Assembly (NCBI GenBank): GCA_016927685.1 | Contig: JAFGMD010000004.1 | Span: 1-53,450 of the forward strand | Direction: 5' to 3' | DNA: 53,450 nucleotides | Source: Candidatus Falkowbacteria bacterium | GTDB taxonomy: Bacteria > Patescibacteriota > Patescibacteriia > CAIXNZ01 | Part shown: in pieces, positions 27,229 to 35,454 of the stretch | How the letters are laid out: each line of letters begins with the position of its first letter | How positions within the stretch are numbered: the stretch's first letter is position 1 | Notes under the pieces: generated by a model | The model's database searches: none | Told to the model about the DNA's origin: nothing | Seen by the model: only the letters and a program-made list of their open reading frames with translations | Program-made: the position numbers and the translations under genes

Positions 27229-27687
27229 ATGAGCGAAGAAACTATAAGGGTGAGAATCTTTGAAAAAACTAATTTAGACAGACTATCTGACAGGTTGTCT
27301 AGTATTTGTTTTTTATTAGCCGGCGCATCAATAATGAGTGGAGTCGTATATTTTATTTATTCTATTGTTTGTATAATATTCCAATTTAAGATTTTCTGGA
27401 TTATTCCGCTGGTTTTATTTGTTATTACCGTATTTATTTTCTTTACTTACTTCATTATCATGACCGCAGTGCGTTTTTTTATGCCTTCCTGGTCAAAAAA
27501 GATATTGGAAAGATATGAGGTAACTGAGAAAAAATGTCCGGAGTGCAATAGCGAAGGTGAAATGGAGGTGGAAACGGCAATTTACGATTCTGACCCCAGA
27601 GAGACAAAAATGGTGACTTGTGACCATTGCGATGGTAGAAGATGGATTGAAATTGAAAGAAAAAAATTGACAATTGAATCAAAATAA
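27229..27687 (+). CDS. Two-TM membrane protein with a C-terminal DnaJ-like zinc finger
   Basis: Two hydrophobic segments; CPECNSEG...CDHCDG. Confidence 0.7.
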   Translation: MSEETIRVRIFEKTNLDRLSDRLSSICFLLAGASIMSGVVYFIYSIVCIIFQFKIFWIIPLVLFVITVFIFFTYFIIMTAVRFFMPSWSKKILERYEVTEKKCPECNSEGEMEVETAIYDSDPRETKMVTCDHCDGRRWIEIERKKLTIESK

Positions 27688-27694
27688 AAAAAAT

Positions 27695-27723
27695 AAAACC
27701 CCTCGGTAAATCGAGGGGTTTTT
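27695..27723. terminator. Bidirectional terminator
   Basis: aaaacccctcg-gtaaat-cgaggggtttt between convergent ORFs. Confidence 0.85.
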
Positions 27724-27726
27724 CTT

Positions 27727-28179
27727 TTAGCTAAATATTTTAGGATGCTCCTTTTTCCAAGTCTCCCATTTTTCATAGGGCTTGCCGCCTATATCATTAA
27801 TGTGATCAAGTACCTGGAGAAGAGTCCATGGCGGCGGAGTTGGTTTGCTTACCGAAGACGAAGGGCAATAATATGGCCCGCTTGTCCAAGTTAATCTGCG
27901 ATAGCACCAGCCATTTTTACCGTTGGTTTGCCACGCCGGTCCTTTAAGGAATGTTACGGTATTGTGACCCGAATCAGCAGGGAAATCCATGGTCAGAATC
28001 CTATCGGGATTCCTGTAAAAATGTCTGACTGCGTATTCACGATAAGAAAGTAACATCTTTAGTTCTTTTTTTGTGGGCATGGTTGAATCAGAAGCAAGTA
28101 CAATGATATAGTATTTTTCGTCATTGCTGGGAATTTTGTAAACCTTTCTCAATCTTTCAATTTGTTTTTTGGCAAGCAT
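27727..28179 (-). CDS. Hypothetical protein (orphan)
   Basis: AGGAGG SD, own promoter and terminator; no motif recognised. Confidence 0.7.
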   Translation of the reverse strand: MLAKKQIERLRKVYKIPSNDEKYYIIVLASDSTMPTKKELKMLLSYREYAVRHFYRNPDRILTMDFPADSGHNTVTFLKGPAWQTNGKNGWCYRRLTWTSGPYYCPSSSVSKPTPPPWTLLQVLDHINDIGGKPYEKWETWKKEHPKIFS

Positions 28180-28209
28180 TACTCCTCCTTTTTAAAAAAC
28201 TTATTTTTC

Positions 28210-28238
28210 ACCTTAACATTTTACTGGAATTTTGTCAA
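28210..28238 (-). promoter_or_regulatory. Promoter of the 27727-28179 gene
   Basis: TTGACA-N17-TAAGGT with TG extension, minus strand. Confidence 0.7.
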
Positions 28239-28324
28239 TAATTATGCACAGTTCCTCTTGACAAATTTTTTAAATGCTATATTATATTGAATAATAATTA
28301 ATTTTTTATTCATTTTAATCAGTT

Positions 28325-28429
28325 ATGAACGAAGAAATTTGTCCTATTTGCGGAAATGATCCATGCACCTGTGATCAGGATTACATATATCACGAACCTA
28401 CAACAGCTGATATGGATGAGGACGAGTAA
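28325..28429 (+). CDS. 34-aa Cys-rich acidic microprotein MNEEICPICGNDPCTCDQDYIYHEPTTADMDEDE
   Basis: Not in the ORF track (too short). TTGACA at 28258 upstream, terminator directly downstream, CxxC..PCxC motif. Confidence 0.7.
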   Translation: MNEEICPICGNDPCTCDQDYIYHEPTTADMDEDE

Positions 28430-28438
28430 AATAAAAAC

Positions 28439-28464
28439 AAAACCCCGCGGCGCGGGGTTTTTTT
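28439..28464 (+). terminator. Intrinsic terminator
   Basis: aaaaccccgc-ggc-gcggggttttttt; nearly identical to 5128-5154. Confidence 0.85.
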
Positions 28465-28788
28465 GATTTGGCAAAGAATTGGAATTGAATAGTTTTTGTG
28501 CGATAAATATTTATATAGATAAATAATCGTTTGTGTTGGATATTCTGTTCTTTTTGTAACCAAAAAGAACCAAAAAGTTTTGGGGTCGCAAATGCGCTAG
28601 TGCTTGTAGTGGGATTGGATGCGATGCCCATGACGCTTAGTTGCGCCCCCAAACCCCATGGAGCAGAAAATACGTTCGAAGCATTAATTTTAATAATATT
28701 TGAGGTATATTGGGATATAAATATTTGTGCATTATTGACGTTGTATTTTGTTTGATAAAAAAGCTATTTTTTGCTAAAATTAAAACAA

Positions 28789-29457
28789 ATGAACAAACTA
28801 TATATTGTCGCTACACCTATTGGAAATTTGGAAGATATTACCCTAAGAGGCCTGCGTATTTTAAAGGAGGTTGATTTTATTTTATGCGAGGACACGCGCG
28901 TAACTAGAATCCTTTTAGATCGCTATGAAATCAAAACGCCAACTATTTCTTATTTTCAACATTCAAGTTTTACTAAAGTTAAACAGATAATTGATTTATT
29001 AAAAAAAGAAAATGATTTGGCTCTGGTTTCTGATGCTGGTACGCCTGGCATTTCTGACCCAGGCAATAAACTAATTGAATTAGTTTTACAAGAAATTCCT
29101 GATTTAAAAATTGAGCCAATCCCAGGTGCTTGTGCAGCAATTTCTGCACTTTCAATTTCCGGCTTACCAACTGATAAATTTGTCTTCTATGGTTTTTTAC
29201 CGCATAAAAAAGGCAAGGAAAAAATTTTAAAAGAAATTATTTCTAATAAATTCACTTCTGTTTTTTACGAATCTACTCACAGAATTTTGAAGACGCTCAA
29301 TAAACTCAAAGATTTGGGTTTGGGTGATAAGCAGGTTGTAGTTTGCCGTGAACTAACTAAAAAATTCGAAACAATTTATCGCGGAAATATTGAACAAGTT
29401 TTGTCAGTCATGGAAAAAGATGTGACAAAGGGTGAGTTTGTGATTGTAATCGGCTAA
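28789..29457 (+). CDS. rsmI: 16S rRNA (cytidine1402-2'-O)-methyltransferase
   Basis: LYIVATPIGNLEDIT, CEDTR, SDAGTPGISDPG, RELTKKFE, KGEFVIVI; start placed at ATG 28789. Confidence 0.97.
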   Translation: MNKLYIVATPIGNLEDITLRGLRILKEVDFILCEDTRVTRILLDRYEIKTPTISYFQHSSFTKVKQIIDLLKKENDLALVSDAGTPGISDPGNKLIELVLQEIPDLKIEPIPGACAAISALSISGLPTDKFVFYGFLPHKKGKEKILKEIISNKFTSVFYESTHRILKTLNKLKDLGLGDKQVVVCRELTKKFETIYRGNIEQVLSVMEKDVTKGEFVIVIG

Positions 29458-29465
29458 AATTATTT

Positions 29466-30032
29466 ATGACCAAATTTTTACTACATGGCGGAGCAACTAA
29501 TTTGCCAGTTGTGGGTAACAAAAAATTTTTTAAAGAAGCAGTTCCTAATATCAATAGAAAAATAAAAATTTTAATTGTTTATTTTGCTCGCAAGAAAGAA
29601 GATTATCCTTGGATGTTTGAACAGGATATTAATAACTTTAAAAACAATTCACCGGAAAAAGATTTGGCATTTGAAGTTGCTGATGATAATGCAAAAAAGC
29701 TAAAAAAACAAATAGCAAGTTCAGATGTAATTTATGTCCGGGGCGGCAATACCCTACCTTTGGTAGAAAAATTAAGGCAGGTGAAAAACCTAAAAAAATT
29801 GCTTAAAAATAAGGTTTATGCCGGATCTTCAGCTGGCATGTATGCGGTGGCGAAGTATTATTATAGTAACGACAGAGATGAAATTGAGAAAGGTCTTGGG
29901 ATAGTTCTAATAAAAGCTTTTGCTCATTGGGATGAAACGAAGCAGGATATAATTGATAAATTGAATGTTTACAAGGAAAAATTGCCAATTTATAAGGTTA
30001 GAGAAGGTGAATTTATTACTATCGAACAATAA
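29466..30032 (+). CDS. Peptidase S51 / peptidase E-like (class I GATase fold)
   Basis: DVIYVRGGNT, YAGSSAGM (Ser nucleophile), AHW. Confidence 0.85.
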   Translation: MTKFLLHGGATNLPVVGNKKFFKEAVPNINRKIKILIVYFARKKEDYPWMFEQDINNFKNNSPEKDLAFEVADDNAKKLKKQIASSDVIYVRGGNTLPLVEKLRQVKNLKKLLKNKVYAGSSAGMYAVAKYYYSNDRDEIEKGLGIVLIKAFAHWDETKQDIIDKLNVYKEKLPIYKVREGEFITIEQ

Positions 30033-30044
30033 ATAGAATTTAAT

Positions 30045-31628
30045 ATGCCAAAAGTAAAAAAAGAAAAACCCGTCTCGGCCGCAGCCGGACAAGAAAAATT
30101 TTATGTAACCACGCCGATTTATTATGTAAATGATGTGCCGCATATTGGGCATGCTTATACAACAATCGCAGCTGATGTTTTAGCCCGTTATTATCGCATG
30201 CTTTTGGGTGGCGATAATGTTTATTTATTAACAGGTACGGATGAGCATGGCGCCAAAATTGCCCAAGCAGCTGAAAAAAATAAAATGTCACCCCAGGAAT
30301 TTGTTGACCAGAAAGCCGCAGAATTTCAAATGGCTTGGGATCGGCTTGATATCTCCAATAATGACTTTATCCGCACCACTGAAAAACGCCATGAAAAAGT
30401 AGTTGTGGATTTTTGGAAAAAATTAAAAACAGCTAAAACGCCACTAAAGAATGATGCTATTTATGAAGCAGAATATGAAGGACTTTATTGCGTGGGTTGT
30501 GAAGCATTTAAAACAGAAACCGAATTAGTGGATGGCAAATGCCCTGACCATAAAACAAAATGCGAAGTAGTCAAAGAAAAAAATTGGTTTTTGCGCTTAT
30601 CAAATTATGGCAAAACGCTTAATGATTTAATTATGTCAGGCGAAATGCAAATTTTACCTTTGGAAAGAAGAAATGAAATTTTAGGGTTGATTAAAACTGG
30701 TCTAAAAGATGTAGCAATTTCTCGTCAGAATGTTAAGTGGGGGATTCCAGTGCCTTTTGATAAAAAACAAACCACATATGTTTGGGTTGATGCCTTATCA
30801 AACTATATTTCTGCTTTAGGCGGCCCAAAAGGGAAGCTATATAAGAAATTTTGGCCAGCTGACGTGCATATCACTGGAAAAGATATTATTAAGTTCCATT
30901 CTTTGATTTGGCCCGCCATGCTTTTGGCTTTAAAATTGCCCTTGCCGAAAATGATTTTTTGCCATGGTTTTTTTACTATTGACGGGCAGAAAATGAGTAA
31001 AACAATCGGTAATGTGATTGCGCCAGATGAATTGGTGACAAAATACGGTACTGATGCAACTCGTTATCTGCTTTTATCCCAGTTTGGTTTTGGCACTGAC
31101 GGTGATTTTAGTAAAGAACGATTAGATAATATTTACAATGCGGCTTTAGCCAATGAGCTGGGTAATTTGGTTTCACGGGTTTTAGCTATGACAGAAAAAT
31201 ATTTTAATGCTACTGTGCCGGAATTCCAGGTTGATTATGATAAATATTTTGCCTTTGATTTAAAAACTGACTGGGAGCGTTATGATTTTTTTATGAAAAA
31301 TTTGAAATTTGAAGAGGCCCTAAATGTTATTTGGGAAAATATCAGGCGCTGTAATGCTTATATTGATAAAGAAAAGCCCTGGGAATTGGCTAAACAAAAT
31401 CGCGATGTATTAGCAGATGTTATTTATAATCTTTTAGAGACCATTAGGCAAACCGCTATTATGTTAATGCCCTTCATGCCTCAAAAAGCTGATAAGATTT
31501 TAGAACTTTTAGGATATGAGGTAGAAAAAGTAAAAGAACAAAAACTTGATGATTTACGCAAATGGTCTATTTTAAGAAAGGGACAAGCAGTAGAAAAAGG
31601 CGATATTTTATTTCCAAAACTCACTTAA
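30045..31628 (+). CDS. metG: Methionine--tRNA ligase (short form, no C-terminal tRNA-binding domain)
   Basis: YVTTPIYY, HIGH, TGTDEHG, YVWVDAL, GKDIIKFH, KMSKT. Confidence 0.98.
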   Translation: MPKVKKEKPVSAAAGQEKFYVTTPIYYVNDVPHIGHAYTTIAADVLARYYRMLLGGDNVYLLTGTDEHGAKIAQAAEKNKMSPQEFVDQKAAEFQMAWDRLDISNNDFIRTTEKRHEKVVVDFWKKLKTAKTPLKNDAIYEAEYEGLYCVGCEAFKTETELVDGKCPDHKTKCEVVKEKNWFLRLSNYGKTLNDLIMSGEMQILPLERRNEILGLIKTGLKDVAISRQNVKWGIPVPFDKKQTTYVWVDALSNYISALGGPKGKLYKKFWPADVHITGKDIIKFHSLIWPAMLLALKLPLPKMIFCHGFFTIDGQKMSKTIGNVIAPDELVTKYGTDATRYLLLSQFGFGTDGDFSKERLDNIYNAALANELGNLVSRVLAMTEKYFNATVPEFQVDYDKYFAFDLKTDWERYDFFMKNLKFEEALNVIWENIRRCNAYIDKEKPWELAKQNRDVLADVIYNLLETIRQTAIMLMPFMPQKADKILELLGYEVEKVKEQKLDDLRKWSILRKGQAVEKGDILFPKLT

Positions 31629-31645
31629 TAATAACTTAATATCTT

Positions 31646-32155
31646 ATGACTATTTTTGATGTAATTTTATTAATATTACTTGGTGGTTTTGTCATGTTTG
31701 GCGTTTGGTTTGGTATGATTCATACGCTAGGCGCTATTGTCGGTACATTTGCGGGCGCTTTTTTTGCCGGGCTGACATATGATTTTTTAGGCAATTGGCT
31801 GACTGGCATTTTCGGACATCCTAATCTCATGAAAGTTTTTGCTTTTATTTTTATTTTCTTGATTATCAATCGATTGATCGGCTTCGGCTTTTATGTGCTG
31901 GATAAAATTTTCAATTTTCTTTTAATTGTGCCATTTTTGAAATCAGCCACTCGTATAATTGGCGGAGTATTAGGTTTTTTTGAGGGAATGCTAGTAATCG
32001 GTTTATCTTTATTTATTATTGCGCGTTTTCCAGTTTCTGAATGGTTTACAGAAGTGCTTAAGGCCTCTAGTTTAGCACCTTGGTTTATTACTGTATCTCG
32101 TATCTTACAGCTGATGTTGCCAGAACTTTTGAAAAAGATACAATCTGTTATCTAA
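31646..32155 (+). CDS. cvpA: CvpA family (colicin V production) membrane protein
   Basis: TIFDVILL..G..FG.I, RIIGGVLGFFEG, S.LAP. Confidence 0.85.
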   Translation: MTIFDVILLILLGGFVMFGVWFGMIHTLGAIVGTFAGAFFAGLTYDFLGNWLTGIFGHPNLMKVFAFIFIFLIINRLIGFGFYVLDKIFNFLLIVPFLKSATRIIGGVLGFFEGMLVIGLSLFIIARFPVSEWFTEVLKASSLAPWFITVSRILQLMLPELLKKIQSVI

Positions 32156-32281
32156 ATCCGAAATCCGAAATCCTAAATCCTAAACAAATTCTAAATTTAA
32201 ATGTTATAAATTAAAGTTTTGGCTTTTGAATTTGAGAAATTTAAAATTGTTTAGAGTTTAGATATTAGTACTTAGAATTTA
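32152..32281. repeat. Heptamer (AAATCCG/T) tandem repeat with an inverted arm, filling the cvpA-tatD gap
   Basis: aaatccg aaatccg aaatcct aaatcct aaacaaattctaaattt ... aaatttaaaattgtttagagtttagatattagtacttagaattt. Confidence 0.8.
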
Positions 32282-32283
32282 TT

Positions 32284-33150
32284 ATGTTAATAGACACACA
32301 TGCACATATTAATTTTGGAGTTTTTGCCCATAATTTAGACGAGGTAATAAAACGTTCCTTAGAGAATAATACTTATGTAATTAATGTAGGTTCAAATTAT
32401 GAAACTAGTCAAAAGGCCATCGAGATTGCGGAAAAATTTAACGGGGTTTGGGCGGTGATTGGCTGTCACCCCGAACATTTAGTTGAAGATATTGAGGAAA
32501 AAGTTATATTTGAGGGAGAGGAAAAAATATTGAAAATGAAAAAGGAAATTTTTGATTATAATAAATATTTAGCATTGGCAAAATCAAGTCCAAAAGTTAT
32601 TGGTATTGGCGAGACAGGACTTGATTTTTTTTATCTAAAACCAAAGAAGCGCGATGTTGAAAAAGCCAAAGAACTTGAAATAAATGTTTTTAAACAATTT
32701 ATTCAACTTGCTAAAGAAGTTAATTTGCCGCTGGTTTTGCATTGCAGGGGAGAGGAGGAAAAAAATTATGAAGCATATGATTTGATGTTGGATATAGTTG
32801 GCAAATGGCAAAAGGCAAATGGCAAATTGACAGGGGTTATTCATTGCTTTGGTGGTAATCTTGAACAAGCCAAGAAATTTATTGATTTGGGTTTTTATAT
32901 TGGTTTTACGGGCATTGTTACTTTTAAAAATGCCAAAGAGCTGCAAAATATTGCCAAAGAAATTCCCTTGGATAAAATTTTAATTGAAACTGATTCGCCT
33001 TATTTGGCGCCTGTGCCATTTCGCGGAAAAATAAATGAGCCGCAATATGTCCGTTTTGTGGCAGAAAAAATTGCTGAATTAAAAAATATTAATTATGAAG
33101 CGGTAGAAGAACAAACGTTTAAAAACGCTAAAGCACTTTTTCAAATTTAA
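32284..33150 (+). CDS. tatD: TatD-family DNase/hydrolase
   Basis: LIDTHAH, GCHP, IGETGLD, LHCR, HCF, ETDSPYLAP. Confidence 0.96.
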   Translation: MLIDTHAHINFGVFAHNLDEVIKRSLENNTYVINVGSNYETSQKAIEIAEKFNGVWAVIGCHPEHLVEDIEEKVIFEGEEKILKMKKEIFDYNKYLALAKSSPKVIGIGETGLDFFYLKPKKRDVEKAKELEINVFKQFIQLAKEVNLPLVLHCRGEEEKNYEAYDLMLDIVGKWQKANGKLTGVIHCFGGNLEQAKKFIDLGFYIGFTGIVTFKNAKELQNIAKEIPLDKILIETDSPYLAPVPFRGKINEPQYVRFVAEKIAELKNINYEAVEEQTFKNAKALFQI

Positions 33151-33167
33151 AATAAGGAGGTAAGATA

Positions 33168-33361
33168 ATGATGGAAAAAGTACAGGGTTGCATGTAATTT
33201 TGGGAGGCAAGGATAGGGCCATTGATTTAATGCAACAACGTTTTGAAAAATTACGTACATCCAGATGGTTTCGCATAATTTGCTATATTTATTTATTAAT
33301 TTCAGTCACCGGATTCCCAATTTTGCTTTATCTATATCTGTGCCATTATTTGGGCAAATGA
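33168..33361 (+). pseudogene. Frameshifted small membrane-protein gene (about 64 aa if one A is restored)
   Basis: AGGAGG (33155-33160) then ATG ATG GAA AAA; in-frame stop at 33195-33197; the -1 frame from the A5 run reads STGLHVILGG...RIICYIYLLISVTGFPILLYLYLCHYLGK* up to a terminator. Confidence 0.5.
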
Positions 33362-33364
33362 ATC

Positions 33365-33392
33365 AAAGCCGCCCTCTAAAAGAGGCGGCTTA
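33365..33392 (+). terminator. Intrinsic terminator (AGCCG family)
   Basis: aagccgccctct-aaa-agaggcggctt. Confidence 0.75.
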
Positions 33393-33400
33393 TATTTTTA

Positions 33401-33468
33401 TTGACATATTATTATTTTATTGATAAGTTTAAATATTGATTCGTCCTTTAAAATTTTTAATAAGGAGG
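33401..33468 (+). promoter_or_regulatory. Promoter, boxA-like motif and SD of paralogue A
   Basis: TTGACA-N17-TAAGTT; gtcctttaaaat at 33443; AGGAGG at 33463. Confidence 0.7.
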
Positions 33469-33474
33469 TTAAAA

Positions 33475-34182
33475 ATGATGTATCTGGGAATGTTTTTTGT
33501 TATATTGGGTATGGCTTTTGCTATATTTTTAATGATATTTGCTATTGCCATAATATTTGACGATGGTGGAATATATTCTATTATTTATGGGTCGATTGGT
33601 CTGATTATCCTTCTTTCTTTATTTATTTGGACTGATACCGGGAATGGTATTGTAAAAAAAATTAATATTTTTCATAGAAATACACCAGCAGAAAATATTA
33701 GTAAGCGCCTTGATCAGTTAAATCAACTTAACTCGGGCTTACAACAGAAATTAATAGAAGTTAGGCAGCTGCAACGTGAATACAAAAAAGGTATAATTGA
33801 ACTTAAAAAAGAGATTTATGTAGAAAGCCAAAAGAATTCTATTGTTACTTATAGCCAAGCTGCAAGTAATGTAAGGATAAATTATGACCTTCAGCTGATT
33901 CAACGACGCATAGCTTTGATAAAAAAGATGGATGATACTGAGCTCCGATTAATAAACGGCATTGAGCAGGTACGCTTCATCAGTCTACAGACCCGAGATG
34001 ACTTGGGTATTGCCAAAGCATTTACGGGTAAAGAAGCTAAGCAATTGTTAAAAGATATTAATAAAACTATTGACGAATATTCGCCCGACTCCAAAGAAAT
34101 CAATCTTGATATTAATGAATCAATGCTTATCCCTCTAGAGCAGATATGGCAGTCGCTCCAAACCGAGATTAAAAATCAGTAA
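33475..34182 (+). CDS. TM-anchored helical (putative Snf7/PspA-like) family, paralogue A
   Basis: Start moved to ATG 33475 (SD); 2 TM then RINYDLQLIQRR..QTRDDL..EQIWQSL domain shared with 39061, 39951 and 40949. Confidence 0.8.
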   Translation: MMYLGMFFVILGMAFAIFLMIFAIAIIFDDGGIYSIIYGSIGLIILLSLFIWTDTGNGIVKKINIFHRNTPAENISKRLDQLNQLNSGLQQKLIEVRQLQREYKKGIIELKKEIYVESQKNSIVTYSQAASNVRINYDLQLIQRRIALIKKMDDTELRLINGIEQVRFISLQTRDDLGIAKAFTGKEAKQLLKDINKTIDEYSPDSKEINLDINESMLIPLEQIWQSLQTEIKNQ

Positions 34183-34188
34183 AAAAAT

Positions 34189-34219
34189 AAAAGTGCTCCA
34201 AAATTTGGGGCACTTTTTT
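34189..34219 (+). terminator. Intrinsic terminator
   Basis: aaaagtgctcca-aaatt-tggggcactttt. Confidence 0.75.
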
Positions 34220-34257
34220 TTATTTACTTCATATAAGTTTTGAGTTAAAATAGTAAT

Positions 34258-35328
34258 ATGTCTATCTATAAGGAAAAATTTAAACCATTGAAATTTCCGC
34301 GTGACGAGCAAAAACATGACCACATTATTGAATGGTGGTATTTTAATGGCAATTTAAGGACAAAAAATGGACAGAGCTTTTCCTATATGCACACTCTTTT
34401 TGCCACTAAGCCAAAATTAGTTAAAATTCCTTTTTTGCAAAATATTCCCCTAAAAACTCTTTACTTTTCACATTATCTATTAACTGATAATAATAAGCAC
34501 CAGTTTAAAGAAAAAATAAATCCCATTTGCTTGGTTGACGCAAACAGTTTCACTAAGCCCTTGCTTTGGGTACATTATGATAATACTTGCTTAATTGAAG
34601 AAAATAATTTATTTGAATATCATCTTGTCAATGATTTCGTTGATTTACGATTGAAGCAAATTAAAAAACCGCTTTTGGTTAATAAAAAAGGATTTTTAGA
34701 TTTAGAAGTAAAAACGACTTATTATTATTCTTTAACGCATTTAGAAACAAGTGGATTAATTAAGATGGGGGACGGTTGGCAAGAGGTTTCTGGCTTGTCT
34801 TGGATGGATCATCAATGGGCACAAACGCCTTTAACCAGCGATGATAAATGGACTTGGTTTTCTGTCCAATTAGAAAATAGGCTAGATCTGGTGATTTTTA
34901 TTTATGGCGATGAAATAAAAACTTATCATGCCAGCTTAATTGATGAACGAAATAAAATTTCCACAACTGATAATGTTCTAATCAGAGAAACAGGCAAAAA
35001 ATTTGTCAGTAAGCAAACTGGTGCGACATATAATTTGGAATATGAAATATTTTTACCGGATTTTAATATTAATTTAGAAGTAAATCCTTATAATAAAAAT
35101 CAGGAAATGATTTTCGGCACAATTAATTACTGGGAGGGCGGAGTCAGTATTTTAGGAAAAATAAATGGTAAAAAAGTAAGGGGTAGGGGATTTATGGAAT
35201 TAGTTGGCAGTCCTATGAAAAAAAGTTTAACCAATGTTTATTTACAGCAATTTAAAAGGGATTATTTAAATAAGGGTTTAAAATTAATATCCAAGGAATT
35301 TTTAGAAAAATTTAGAGCGTATAAATAG
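34258..35328 (+). CDS. AttH/CrtC-like lipocalin-fold protein (carotenoid 1,2-hydratase family)
   Basis: EWWYFNGNL, YYYS.THL, SWMDHQW, WTWFSVQL, YWEG, G.GFMEL; probably leaderless (TTTACT-N17-TAAAAT, ATG 7 nt later). Confidence 0.82.
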   Translation: MSIYKEKFKPLKFPRDEQKHDHIIEWWYFNGNLRTKNGQSFSYMHTLFATKPKLVKIPFLQNIPLKTLYFSHYLLTDNNKHQFKEKINPICLVDANSFTKPLLWVHYDNTCLIEENNLFEYHLVNDFVDLRLKQIKKPLLVNKKGFLDLEVKTTYYYSLTHLETSGLIKMGDGWQEVSGLSWMDHQWAQTPLTSDDKWTWFSVQLENRLDLVIFIYGDEIKTYHASLIDERNKISTTDNVLIRETGKKFVSKQTGATYNLEYEIFLPDFNINLEVNPYNKNQEMIFGTINYWEGGVSILGKINGKKVRGRGFMELVGSPMKKSLTNVYLQQFKRDYLNKGLKLISKEFLEKFRAYK

Positions 35329-35330
35329 TA

Positions 35331-35359
35331 AAAATAGCCGCTAGTATAGCGGCTATTTT
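35331..35359 (+). terminator. Intrinsic terminator (AGCCG family)
   Basis: aaaatagccgcta-gta-tagcggctatttt, perfect 13-bp stem. Confidence 0.85.
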
Positions 35360-35361
35360 AT

Positions 35362-35445
35362 TTGACTAATATTAGCATTTTTGATAAATTATGTTATTGA
35401 TAATAAAGGATTGCTATTTGACAAAAAAATATTGTAAATAAGGAG
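35362..35445 (+). promoter_or_regulatory. Promoter, boxA-like motif and SD of the J-domain operon
   Basis: TTGACT-N17-TAAATT; gctatttgacaa at 35413; AGGAGG at 35440. Confidence 0.65.
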
Positions 35446-35454
35446 GTAACTCAG

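Noticed and set aside
28398-28755. ORFs 28398-28652 (minus) and 28531-28755 (plus) upstream of rsmI
   Set aside because: TTG or weak starts; one crosses a terminator and the microprotein; no motif. Left as unexplained intergenic DNA.
31646-33150. Colicin production or Tat export implied by the names cvpA and tatD
   Set aside because: Both names are historical; no bacteriocin or tatABC genes are present.
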